Assembly (NCBI GenBank): GCA_036272235.1 | Contig: DATAZF010000327.1 | Coordinates: 16,862-80,861 of the forward strand | Length of the DNA: 64,000 nt | From: Bryobacteraceae bacterium | GTDB taxonomy: Bacteria; Acidobacteriota; Terriglobia; Bryobacterales; Bryobacteraceae | Direction of reading: 5' to 3' | In this document: one piece after another, positions 36,197 to 44,903 of the stretch | Position numbering within the stretch: position 1 is the first letter of the stretch | Layout: every line of letters begins with the position of its first letter | Notes under the pieces: model-generated | Databases searched by the model: none | What the model was told of the DNA's origin: nothing | The model's input: the letters and a program-made list of their open reading frames with translations, nothing else | Program-made: the position numbers and the translations under genes

Positions 36197-36533
36197 GGCG
36201 AATCACCTCCCCTGTCGAAAGGTTAACAGTTGGTCCAGATACGAAAATAAACACGCCGAAACCAGTCATCTCTTTTGCTTTATTGTTGTTAGGAAGGGTC
36301 AAGACCAGGATCGTAAACCCGAACGCTACGAAGCCACGGCAATCGCACACAACTCCCGAGGTTCAATCTTAACACAGCAACCGCGGAATCGACCTTCAGC
36401 ATTTGGATGCTGCGGATCCCGCCGGCGTTGCACTATCCTCACGATCGCCCCGAGTAGCTCTCCCGGAGTGGATCGTCCCACCGGAGGGGATGGTGGTGGT
36501 GATCCCTCGAATCGAGAGAGCTCGCGGGTGCCG

Positions 36534-38588
36534 TTATGGAGTCGGCTTTGACGGCGGCTTGTTTTCCGCAGTCGACAAGTTAACATCCTGCTCGTCATGC
36601 GGCAATATGAGTGCCCCTGGCAAGGTCATATTTTCCCCTGGGTAATTATTGAACACGATGATGGCCCCATAAGGATTTGCCGGGTCTACCGAAATCGACG
36701 CGGTCAGGAACCTCTCCTGGGTCGGCAGCGCGGCCTCGGTTGCCCCGACGACGTGATCTTTGCTCCAGGTACCGAATCCCGTAATAGCGATCTGGTCGTA
36801 ACTTCCTGGCGCAGCGGGCGAAACCTTGGAGTTTGTGCAACTCGCCGAAACAAGATGGCTCATTGTAAATGTTCCACCCGACGGCCCGCTGTCATTGTTG
36901 GTGTACACGAACGAGAAGGGCTTTCCAGCCGCACTACACGCAACCGAGAAGTTGTAGCTGAATGTATCGCCGAGCGAAGATGTAAACGTCCGATTGTCGG
37001 CAAGCACTGCTGTGCCCGGGTTCCCAGGGTCAGCCAGGTGCACCGCTTGAATCTTGCCGAAAATGTTCAAATTGGACCCTGAATTGGGCGGCCCGATATA
37101 GCACTGATTCGGCAGCAGGCTGGGCTGCGGATAACAGAAGGTTTCAAACGAACGATGATGAAACAGATTCAGCCGCAACATAGTTTGGCCGTTCGGTTCT
37201 TTTTCAAAGAAGGCGTAGTTCGGGTCGTCCGGCGCTTGTGGGGCGCGCATCGCAACAAGAAAGAACGGGTCGGTCGAGACCCTTCCGTTGTTATCGGGCA
37301 ACAACTGCTCGATGATGGACTGGTCGATATACATTGGATAAATGAACTCCCCGACCACCTGTCCGCTGGCCAGATCGATCATTCCTGTCGCGCGGTTGTA
37401 AACTTCATCCGCATAATAAAGTTTGTGCTGATTGTAGAGGGCAAGCGGGAAGTGGAGTTGCTGATTGGTGCCCATTAGAAATCCACGGAAGCCCGCACCG
37501 AGGATTTCGCTGTTGGGTGGTTCGGCAAAAAGACCTTCCGGTGGTAAAGCGGCAATCTGAAAAGGCACCGCATTTCCTTCGCGGGGCCCGAATTGGACCT
37601 GTATTCTGCCCTGCAGTTCAGACCTTCCGGGTCCCAACCCTCCCAACTGCGGAATGCGCAGGTCGAAATCGTCGCCATAGGCGCTGTATCTCGCATTGAC
37701 CGTGAAGACTTCGGTCGTGTTAGTTGGAATGTCGGGACAATTCGAGGCGCAAGGCGTATAGCCCAGGGAATCCCGCGTGTCCAGTTGGAGGTGGGGGTGC
37801 AGGCTGGTGCCTCGCGCCAGAACGCTGGCGCAATTTCCTGTTGGGTCGCAGTACGGCAGCGGGAAACGAACAGGATCACCGAGAACATCGTTATTCAGCC
37901 CAAGGAACGTGCTGCCGTGGAAGAAGAAGTCGAGAAGACCGTCTGGCCGCGGAGCGAAGTTAGCCCATGTAAAGCCGCGGATGCCTGGAAAGGCAATGAC
38001 AGGAACCACGAGCTTCGGATTGACGTTCCCCAGCCGAAGCAGGGCGGTGTTGGTGAAGTAGGAATACCATTTCAGGGTGTTTGGATCAGCATACCCTGTG
38101 GTTAAATCCACATCGCCGGATGACAACGTTAACGCGTCCGACACCTGGTTTCCCGTAACGGGCATACTGAAACCCATTGGCGCAGCCAGGGTAGCATCAT
38201 CCCCCACCAACACGTGCTGCTGCACTACGAAGTGCGCGGTAGTAGCGCTGGTAGGGAAGAACTGGATCGTGATATTTCCCTTCAGGTGGCTGTCAATCAT
38301 CGCGACGCCGCCAAAAAGCTGATTACCACAGGTTCCAAAGCGGACTTCGTCCACCGGCAGGTCGCCGGGAAACGCCGGAGTTACGTCAGGACTGCAGTCC
38401 ACTGCCCGCAACTGGTCGCCGAAATAGCTTCCATCATGGTTCAACGGCAGCGTCTCAACGTTACCGGGAGGCAGTTTCAACGGCCCCGTCGGCAGAGGGT
38501 CGAAAATATAGGTTGCGACGTCCGCGGAGGAAACGGATGGCAGCAGACACAACAATGAGAGTGTAAAAAATATGGCAGTGTATTTCAT
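36534..38588 (-). CDS. secreted protein of unknown function (684 aa)
   Basis: Signal peptide MKYTAIFFTLSLLCLLPSVSSA. It starts 6 nt after the SGNH-like gene. I recognise no family motif. There are several Cys pairs and a Pro/Lys tail (NKPPSKPTP). Confidence 0.8.
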   Translation of the reverse strand: MKYTAIFFTLSLLCLLPSVSSADVATYIFDPLPTGPLKLPPGNVETLPLNHDGSYFGDQLRAVDCSPDVTPAFPGDLPVDEVRFGTCGNQLFGGVAMIDSHLKGNITIQFFPTSATTAHFVVQQHVLVGDDATLAAPMGFSMPVTGNQVSDALTLSSGDVDLTTGYADPNTLKWYSYFTNTALLRLGNVNPKLVVPVIAFPGIRGFTWANFAPRPDGLLDFFFHGSTFLGLNNDVLGDPVRFPLPYCDPTGNCASVLARGTSLHPHLQLDTRDSLGYTPCASNCPDIPTNTTEVFTVNARYSAYGDDFDLRIPQLGGLGPGRSELQGRIQVQFGPREGNAVPFQIAALPPEGLFAEPPNSEILGAGFRGFLMGTNQQLHFPLALYNQHKLYYADEVYNRATGMIDLASGQVVGEFIYPMYIDQSIIEQLLPDNNGRVSTDPFFLVAMRAPQAPDDPNYAFFEKEPNGQTMLRLNLFHHRSFETFCYPQPSLLPNQCYIGPPNSGSNLNIFGKIQAVHLADPGNPGTAVLADNRTFTSSLGDTFSYNFSVACSAAGKPFSFVYTNNDSGPSGGTFTMSHLVSASCTNSKVSPAAPGSYDQIAITGFGTWSKDHVVGATEAALPTQERFLTASISVDPANPYGAIIVFNNYPGENMTLPGALILPHDEQDVNLSTAENKPPSKPTP

Positions 38589-38594
38589 TTTGGT

Positions 38595-39878
38595 CTATTC
38601 CTGACTACCTGATATGCCCAGCGCACTGGCCGTAAAAAGGTGGCCGGTGGGTTTCAAATACTGAATCGCGGGATCGGTTGTCGCGATCGATTTCACGTCA
38701 ACCGGTGGAAAGTTCTGATGATAAGTGGAATTCAGAAACGACAGAATGTCGTTGGCGATGAGAGCATGCCCTGTGCCTCCGGGGTAGATGCCATCCATGG
38801 AGTAGAACCCGCCGAAGTAATCGCCCGTGACGGTACCGGTGCCTGTGGATACACCCGACACCTTGACCTTATGCATGAAAGCGTTCAAATCGTAAACGAC
38901 CGCGCCGTTGGTCTTCGCGACGCTGATGATCTGCGCATTGAGAGCGTTGACGCGATTGGTGATATCCGCGGCGGTCGCCGCGCTCAAAGTCGAACCGGCT
39001 GGCAGGGCTCCAATGGCTCCGTTTGTGAACTGGGTTGAAATTTCAAGCAAGCCGTTGCGCGTCACATAATCCTGTGGCGTGAGGTGATACCCGGCGGTCA
39101 GAACGAATGGGACCGTTTGGACGATCGTTGACGCTGCCTGGACCGAATTGAAATATGCAGTATCGATCGGGTTCGGAATCGTCGTCGCGATGACTTGCGC
39201 CTGTAAGCCGCGCAGACCGGCGACAACGGTCCCGTACGTCGCGCCAAACGCCGCCGGATCCGGCATCCGGGTTGGATCGCCCGAGACGGCCGCATCAAGC
39301 GCTTCGTAATATCCGAGTTCGATCAGCGCCATTGTCGGGAACATGGACTTGGCATATTCAAACTGCGTCCAGAGCGGAACATTATTCAGGATCAGCTGCG
39401 GAAATCCGAGAAGCATGTTGAACACGGTCTGCTTCATATTCTTTTGCACCACAGGCGCTACCGGCCGCATGGAGATGCTGTCGTTCAAGGTGAGGCCCGG
39501 TACCGATGTGTTGAGCACGAAAAGGGGTGGAGTTTGAATTGGAGCCTTGGTTTTATCGGTAGGATAGTAAAATTGCCGAACGGAACCCTGGGGGTATTTT
39601 TGCATCTCGACTTCCTGACCCGGATAGCCGACCACATCGCCGATGCCTGGCGGCTCGATCAACGGCTGATTGAAGCCGGTGTTCATTGACGCTGCCATGC
39701 GCGACGGGAAACTCTGATTCTGCACCACACTGCTCAACCCGAAATTCGCCATTCCGGCGGCCAGCCCCTCGCCCATCACAACGAACGTCGTGGTGTCGAG
39801 CGTCTGGGCCTGGGCGCAATCCAGCCCGGCAACCGCTAAAGCCATTAAAGAGATATTGAAAACAATTTTCATTTTCAT
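38595..39878 (-). CDS. SGNH/GDSL-fold protein with substituted catalytic residues (probable pseudo-esterase)
   Basis: ATG 39878 (MKMKIVFNISLMALAVAG signal) lies 10 nt after the FadL-like stop. The four SGNH blocks are recognisable but altered: VVMGEGLAAG, NTSVPGLTLND, IELGYYEAL and MDGIYPGGTGHALIAN. Confidence 0.75.
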   Translation of the reverse strand: MKMKIVFNISLMALAVAGLDCAQAQTLDTTTFVVMGEGLAAGMANFGLSSVVQNQSFPSRMAASMNTGFNQPLIEPPGIGDVVGYPGQEVEMQKYPQGSVRQFYYPTDKTKAPIQTPPLFVLNTSVPGLTLNDSISMRPVAPVVQKNMKQTVFNMLLGFPQLILNNVPLWTQFEYAKSMFPTMALIELGYYEALDAAVSGDPTRMPDPAAFGATYGTVVAGLRGLQAQVIATTIPNPIDTAYFNSVQAASTIVQTVPFVLTAGYHLTPQDYVTRNGLLEISTQFTNGAIGALPAGSTLSAATAADITNRVNALNAQIISVAKTNGAVVYDLNAFMHKVKVSGVSTGTGTVTGDYFGGFYSMDGIYPGGTGHALIANDILSFLNSTYHQNFPPVDVKSIATTDPAIQYLKPTGHLFTASALGISGSQE

Positions 39879-39888
39879 GGTCGTGGTC

Positions 39889-41409
39889 CTAGTGCTTCTT
39901 TCCGATGAGGCCCGTGACGTCGAACCGCAGCGACAGCCCCGCGACGTGCGCGAAGTTGTGGTAGTCGCCGTTCGTCCACTGGTAATTATTGGCGGCGACA
40001 TTGGTCTGGCGATCCATGAACTTCATCGCTTCGTAGAAAAACGTCAGCTCTTTCTCGCCGACTTTTCTTGTCCCTCCCAGGGTGAAACTCTGGCGTGTGG
40101 AATCCGGGAACAACGGACCCACGCTCTTCTCGGGTACCGGCGATCCGTCGAAAAGATATCCCACGCGGACCGTCGTCTTGTCGTTGAGCGGGCGCTCGGC
40201 TCCCACCGCGATATCCCAGGATTCGCGGAAGTCAAACGTCAGTATTTTTTCGGCCGGCAAACCAATATTGGTCAGACCGACAGTATCTTCATTGATCGAG
40301 AAGTTCAGCGGCACGGTCTTGAACTTGCTATAGTCCTGCAGCCGTACGTCGACTGAGAAATTCGTCTTGAAGAATTTGGAATTCGAAAAGCCGATTCCGT
40401 AAGTAGCCGGGGTCGCGAACGAACCGGTGATCGCCTGATTTGGAAAGGCGTTCGGCAGAAAGTTTGGGCCGACGTATTGTTCGAGCGGGTAGGGCTGGTC
40501 ACCGAACGCGAACGACGCTCTCCCCGAAAGATGACTGACTACCGAACTGCGATACATCAAACCGATATTGGTCTTGGTCCGGTCATTCTTCCATAGCAGG
40601 CCAGCCGAGATTGCCGGCGCATTGGCGGTTCCTGCAATGCGGGAACGGCCTTCCGGCAGCAGCCTGGCGATAATCAAAGCCGCCTGGTTAACAGGCACTC
40701 CGGGAAATACCGTCGGCGCCGCCGTTCGTCCGAACTTCAAGCCGTCATCCTGCCCCAGCGGATTCAGAATGCTCTGTTCCAGCTCGAGGTGAGTATGAAC
40801 AAACGCCGGCCCTATAGCGATCGCAAGGTTGTCTTTAAGTTTGTACGCGAGCGTCGGCTGGAACCAGTATGATTCCAACCGCACCCGGGTTCCGGCGAAA
40901 CGCCCCACGAACTTCGTGAGATTGGGATCACCATCGTTGAAGTTCGTCGAGTTGGCGGAGAGTCCGAACGGAGTAAATGCCCCGAAGCCCACTGTCATTT
41001 TTTTGGATATTTGGGCCGTAGCATAAAGGCTGGCCAACGGAATGAAGTGCGGCTTGATGGATTGGGAATAACCGTTCGCAGGCACAACCTGCCCGGGCGG
41101 CGTCGACGAGGGTGTAAAACGGAACTCGCCGACGATCACGGTGCTATCCATCTGCATATGCATGCCGGGCTGGAAGGCGATGCCGGCGGGGTTGTAGAAG
41201 ATCGCCGACCCATCGTCGGCGGTGGCGATGAACGCCGTCCCCATTCCCGCCGCCCGCGCGCCCAACTCACTCACGGAAAAGGCCGAGCCGTAGCATAATC
41301 CCGCAGCCCCCAACAGGAGGCTCGCATACAGAAGGCAGGGCCGAAAAGGCCCTTTCAGAAACGGAAGATGAGAGCTGGATTGAAAATGATTGCTGGGTTG
41401 ATTCGTCAT
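39889..41409 (-). CDS. outer-membrane transport protein, OMPP1/FadL/TodX family
   Basis: The N-terminal hatch motif SVSELGARAAGMGTAFIATADDGSAIFYNPAGIA is typical of FadL. 506 aa with a beta-barrel-like alternating pattern. Confidence 0.85.
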   Translation of the reverse strand: MTNQPSNHFQSSSHLPFLKGPFRPCLLYASLLLGAAGLCYGSAFSVSELGARAAGMGTAFIATADDGSAIFYNPAGIAFQPGMHMQMDSTVIVGEFRFTPSSTPPGQVVPANGYSQSIKPHFIPLASLYATAQISKKMTVGFGAFTPFGLSANSTNFNDGDPNLTKFVGRFAGTRVRLESYWFQPTLAYKLKDNLAIAIGPAFVHTHLELEQSILNPLGQDDGLKFGRTAAPTVFPGVPVNQAALIIARLLPEGRSRIAGTANAPAISAGLLWKNDRTKTNIGLMYRSSVVSHLSGRASFAFGDQPYPLEQYVGPNFLPNAFPNQAITGSFATPATYGIGFSNSKFFKTNFSVDVRLQDYSKFKTVPLNFSINEDTVGLTNIGLPAEKILTFDFRESWDIAVGAERPLNDKTTVRVGYLFDGSPVPEKSVGPLFPDSTRQSFTLGGTRKVGEKELTFFYEAMKFMDRQTNVAANNYQWTNGDYHNFAHVAGLSLRFDVTGLIGKKH

Positions 41410-41660
41410 TCAACTTTCCCACTGCTTTTCGGCGTTTCGTGGGCCGCAGGCCGACTTACCTCTGCATTGTTGCCTGATGAGACCCGTCAACGATTGGTTC
41501 CACCGCATTACGAATGTCTCTGAATCCGTCGCCTGCCCGCAAACCGCAGGTGACTAATCAGCCGCACCAGACAAACCCCGGCAATCCCGAAAACCGGCCT
41601 GCAAGGTCGTCTGAAGCGGCTGCTGACTGATAAAACAACTGCCAGAACAACTGCCGCCTC

Positions 41661-41690
41661 AAAGCTACCGCGGAGTACTGCGCCGGTAGC
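41661..41690 (-). terminator. possible intrinsic terminator downstream of gene 41761-42348
   Basis: On the minus strand: GCTACCGGCG-cagtactc-CGCGGTAGC followed by TTTGAGG. The stem is ~9 bp with one bulge and the T-tract is short. Confidence 0.4.
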
Positions 41691-41760
41691 CTCGGAGAGA
41701 CGTCTCGAACCTCGGCTCGCGCGAGTAAGATCCTCGCGCACGCGTCCGGAGCCCGGAATC

Positions 41761-42348
41761 TTATTGCGGGGTACCGGCCTTGATCATGCTGGCAACAATG
41801 CCAACCTGGTCAGAATAGACCTCGCAATAAACCTGTCCAAGAACTCCGTTGGAATTCTGCACAGCGTTGACCGCCATCATCTTTGCGGGGAATTTGCGGC
41901 CCACGAGGAAAGCATATTTCCCGGTTCCGATCAAAACCGTGTACGTGGCGCGAAGCGGTCCGCCGAGCGCTATGAGGTTTCCAAGCGGGTTCGAGGGGTC
42001 GCTCGGAGGCGGCGCAAGAAATGATCCCGTTCCGTTCACATCAAAGATGATCGAGTCGCCGTCGACATCGGACACGACGCAGCGATTGTCGTATTTGATC
42101 GTCGTCTGTGAAGTCGGAATGAACTGGAAGTTGGTAATTGAAGTACCGGTAATTACGCCTTCGACCGTTCCCAACTGGTTCCCAAGGCCGTTATTGCCGT
42201 TGAAATTGATAACCGTATCGCGCATTGCAAAAAACAGCTCCAGGCCGCTGTTGAATACCGCTTCCTCGCGCGGCGGCGCGGCCTTCGCTACTGCGCGTAA
42301 ACCGCCCAAGCCCAGAAGTCCGGCGAGGACGCTGCGTCTGTTTGCCAT
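41761..42348 (-). CDS. Tat-signal secreted protein, dirigent/allene-oxide-cyclase-barrel-like
   Basis: MANRRSVLAGLLGLGGLRAVAKA carries a twin-arginine motif. C-terminal TYTVLIGTGKYAFLVGRKF resembles the GGTGxFxxAxG strand of dirigent/AOC barrels. Confidence 0.65.
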   Translation of the reverse strand: MANRRSVLAGLLGLGGLRAVAKAAPPREEAVFNSGLELFFAMRDTVINFNGNNGLGNQLGTVEGVITGTSITNFQFIPTSQTTIKYDNRCVVSDVDGDSIIFDVNGTGSFLAPPPSDPSNPLGNLIALGGPLRATYTVLIGTGKYAFLVGRKFPAKMMAVNAVQNSNGVLGQVYCEVYSDQVGIVASMIKAGTPQ

Positions 42349-42730
42349 TGTTCAACTCCCCTGTCAGTTGTGTTAATTTCCTGTTAACTTACAGCTATCC
42401 CAAACAACGTAAATGATTCCGAACCAAAGGCCCGGTACCAGGATGTCCAGAGTGCTGTGAACGGATTCTAGCATACGGTCCGCAGGCTTACCAGAACTTT
42501 CCTATGGGCTTTTTCGCTTGCGGGATTGGCCGCCGGAAACCGCCTTACCTGCTAAGGGGCACCAAGTGACTGACACTGGCGAATCGTTTCGCACCATTGA
42601 CAACATTTTGGAATTTGATCTGTGCGGCAGGACACATCGCCCTCCTCGTTGGGTCATTTCGTAGCTTTTCATTGACAGAGGAGCATTTCTGTGCGAAAGT
42701 TGCCTTGATTCGGCCCCTTCAAAAATACAA

Positions 42731-42749
42731 AACCGCACGCGCTGCGGTT
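42731..42749 (-). terminator. terminator-like hairpin in the divergent spacer (T-tract on the minus strand)
   Basis: AACCGCA-cgcgc-TGCGGTT. The minus-strand reading is followed by TTTGTATTTTTG and the plus-strand reading by ATTTCC. Confidence 0.35.
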
Positions 42750-42817
42750 ATTTCCATTGCGCCAGGGCACCGGGACGAGCCCTAATATCAGGTGCCTTCA
42801 GGAGGAAAAACAACGCG

Positions 42818-43393
42818 ATGATTGATGGAATTCGAAAAGCACTCGTTGCAGTAACTGTGGTGGTGTTCGGCGCCAATAGCCTGGCGCTGGCTCAGGACAC
42901 AAAATGCAAGACGATCAAAGGGCAGATGTCCGAAACGATCGTTCCCGCCTCCCAGGCACCCAATGATCCCTTTGGAAGAGTCCTCGGTCTTTTTACGGGA
43001 GATTTCGGCGGCGTTGCGACGGTCCCGCTGACCGCCTATCTCGTGACGCAACCCCAGTTCTCGAATCCTGGCGGCCCGTCTTCTGTCATGATGGTTCGCC
43101 ACGTATTTCTGCTGGCGCCCGGCGATACCGTGATCACTTTGGGCAAAACCATTTTTACGCCCGCTCCGGCGACTGAGCCCGGCCAGACAAACTATGTCAG
43201 CAGTGTTTGCCCGTTTGCTCCGTGTCTGGTGGAAAACCCGCAGGTGCTGACGATCATTGGTGGTACTGGCAGGTATGTTGGCGCGACAGGCGAATTGCGG
43301 AACCTCGGACTTGGGAATCTCGATCTCCTGAACAACATCGGCGTTTTCACTTTCGTCGCGAGCGGTGAGATCTGCCTTCCGAAGGCAAATTAA
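42818..43393 (+). CDS. Sec-signal secreted protein, dirigent/allene-oxide-cyclase-barrel-like
   Basis: Signal ALVAVTVVVFGANSLALAQ. LTIIGGTGRYVGATGELRNLG matches the GGTGxFxxAxG motif of dirigent/AOC-like barrels. Confidence 0.7.
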   Translation: MIDGIRKALVAVTVVVFGANSLALAQDTKCKTIKGQMSETIVPASQAPNDPFGRVLGLFTGDFGGVATVPLTAYLVTQPQFSNPGGPSSVMMVRHVFLLAPGDTVITLGKTIFTPAPATEPGQTNYVSSVCPFAPCLVENPQVLTIIGGTGRYVGATGELRNLGLGNLDLLNNIGVFTFVASGEICLPKAN

Positions 43394-43476
43394 GGCCAGA
43401 CGCCGGTCGAGTTGAAACAAGAATAAGTTCTGAACCAACAAGTTTATTGACGAATTTGACAGGGAGGATTTTGAAA

Positions 43477-44256
43477 ATGAACGTTCTAAAGAATTGCACT
43501 ATTTGGGCCGCCGCCATGCTTGTCGCGGGCCTGCCCGTTTTAGCAAGCGCGCAAGGAAGAGACGAAGCGTTTGCCAAGAAGGCTCCTGTAGCCGCGCCGT
43601 CCGCTGTGGGCGCCTGGTTTGGAATTGCCAGGCCGTGCCCCGGCGATGCCGCCACCGACTCGCCCACGCACCTTGCTCTTTGTCAGGCCGTTTGCGGACT
43701 GTGCTCGAGCATTCCGGGCACCCTGCCACCCGAAGTTCCAATGATGCCGACAATGCTGGCTGACGGAACAGTGCTCGCGGACGACGCCGGCGAAATCAGC
43801 CGCTACCATACAACTGCGCACGGTAACTGGGCGGTTTCGAGCGACGACGGGCTTCCGGACTGGCAGGGTATGGCGCGCTATAGAGCAACGTTCTTCTGGC
43901 TGGGCTCGGCATTCGGCCCAGCGCAAGGCGGTTTCCCGGGGAGTCCGGTTTCGAGCGAGACCTACGGAACCTGCTGCTTCTCAAACAGCGTGCGGCCGCG
44001 CTTCGTGGCCTATTTCGATCCGGCCGATCCGGATCGCATGATCGGCTACATTCAACCGTATTTCTTCCCGTTCGTCGATACCAAGACCGGAGCCGTAAGT
44101 GTGGCGCCTTTCAATCCGGCCGATCCAAAGGCTGGTAACCATATCCCCGCTGCCCCGACAGATCCGCTCGGTGGAGCTCTGCCGGCCGGTTGCGACAACA
44201 GCAAGGGCTGCCTCGGGACATATCACTTTGTAATTCGCCGCATCAAGAATCAGTAG
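43477..44256 (+). CDS. Cys-rich secreted protein of unknown function
   Basis: ATG 43477 is preceded by AGGGAGG. Signal MNVLKNCTIWAAAMLVAGLPVLASAQ. Cys clusters: RPCPGD, LCQAVCGLC, GTCCF, GCDNSKGC. Confidence 0.7.
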   Translation: MNVLKNCTIWAAAMLVAGLPVLASAQGRDEAFAKKAPVAAPSAVGAWFGIARPCPGDAATDSPTHLALCQAVCGLCSSIPGTLPPEVPMMPTMLADGTVLADDAGEISRYHTTAHGNWAVSSDDGLPDWQGMARYRATFFWLGSAFGPAQGGFPGSPVSSETYGTCCFSNSVRPRFVAYFDPADPDRMIGYIQPYFFPFVDTKTGAVSVAPFNPADPKAGNHIPAAPTDPLGGALPAGCDNSKGCLGTYHFVIRRIKNQ

Positions 44257-44297
44257 CAGCGTTGCCGCTGAATCTTGTCGCTTAATAAGGAGACCCC

Positions 44298-44777
44298 ATG
44301 ACTGAGAAGGATTTTTTTTCCAGCACACATGGTCGCGAATGCTCGACGACCTATAACTTGTTGAAGGCTTTTCCGGAAGACAAGCTGGATATCAGGCCGA
44401 ATCCCAAGTCCCGCAGCGCACGGGAACTGGCTTTCGTCCTCGCCAATCAGGAGCTGTTCTTCAAACAGGCGGTGGATGGCGCCATCGATTTCTCTTTGTT
44501 CGCCAACCAGCCGCCCGGGACCATGGCGGAAATTATCGCGGTTCTCCACCAGAACCACCAGGCCGTTGAGGCTTCGCTGGCGAAAGCTTCGATGGACGAT
44601 CTCAACAAGACGATCAACTTCGGCGGACACGATATGCGGAGGTTAGACGCGCTTTGGGCTAATCAGTTCGATATCGTGCACCATCGCGGGCAGTTCTCCG
44701 TGTATCTTCGGCTTGCGAATGCAACTGTGCCGTCGATCTACGGGCCGACTGCCGATACGCAGGCCGCTGGCGCTTAA
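44298..44777 (+). CDS. DinB-family (four-helix bundle, metal-binding) protein
   Basis: 159 aa. The C-terminal HHRGQFSVYLR motif and the N-terminal helix pattern are typical of DinB/YfiT-like proteins. Confidence 0.75.
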   Translation: MTEKDFFSSTHGRECSTTYNLLKAFPEDKLDIRPNPKSRSARELAFVLANQELFFKQAVDGAIDFSLFANQPPGTMAEIIAVLHQNHQAVEASLAKASMDDLNKTINFGGHDMRRLDALWANQFDIVHHRGQFSVYLRLANATVPSIYGPTADTQAAGA

Positions 44778-44903
44778 AGGCTGTCGCGGCGACGACGCCG
44801 CAGGAAATTTGCTTCAGAACCTGGTTCAAATTGAGGGAGGGCGCGAAAGCGGTCTCCCTCATTATTTTTGTGGGTTTGACCTGAACGTGGGAAACTACCC
44901 CTT

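Noticed and set aside
36397-36412. Perfect hairpin CAGCAT-ttgg-ATGCTG upstream of rpoD and downstream of the 684-aa gene
   Set aside because: The stem is only 6 bp and there is no U-tract on either strand, so it is insufficient to call a terminator or a regulatory RNA.
41508-41741. 77-aa ORF in the spacer upstream of the FadL-like gene
   Set aside because: It is Arg-rich with no RBS, and it overlaps two terminator-like hairpins of the preceding gene. It is probably non-coding.
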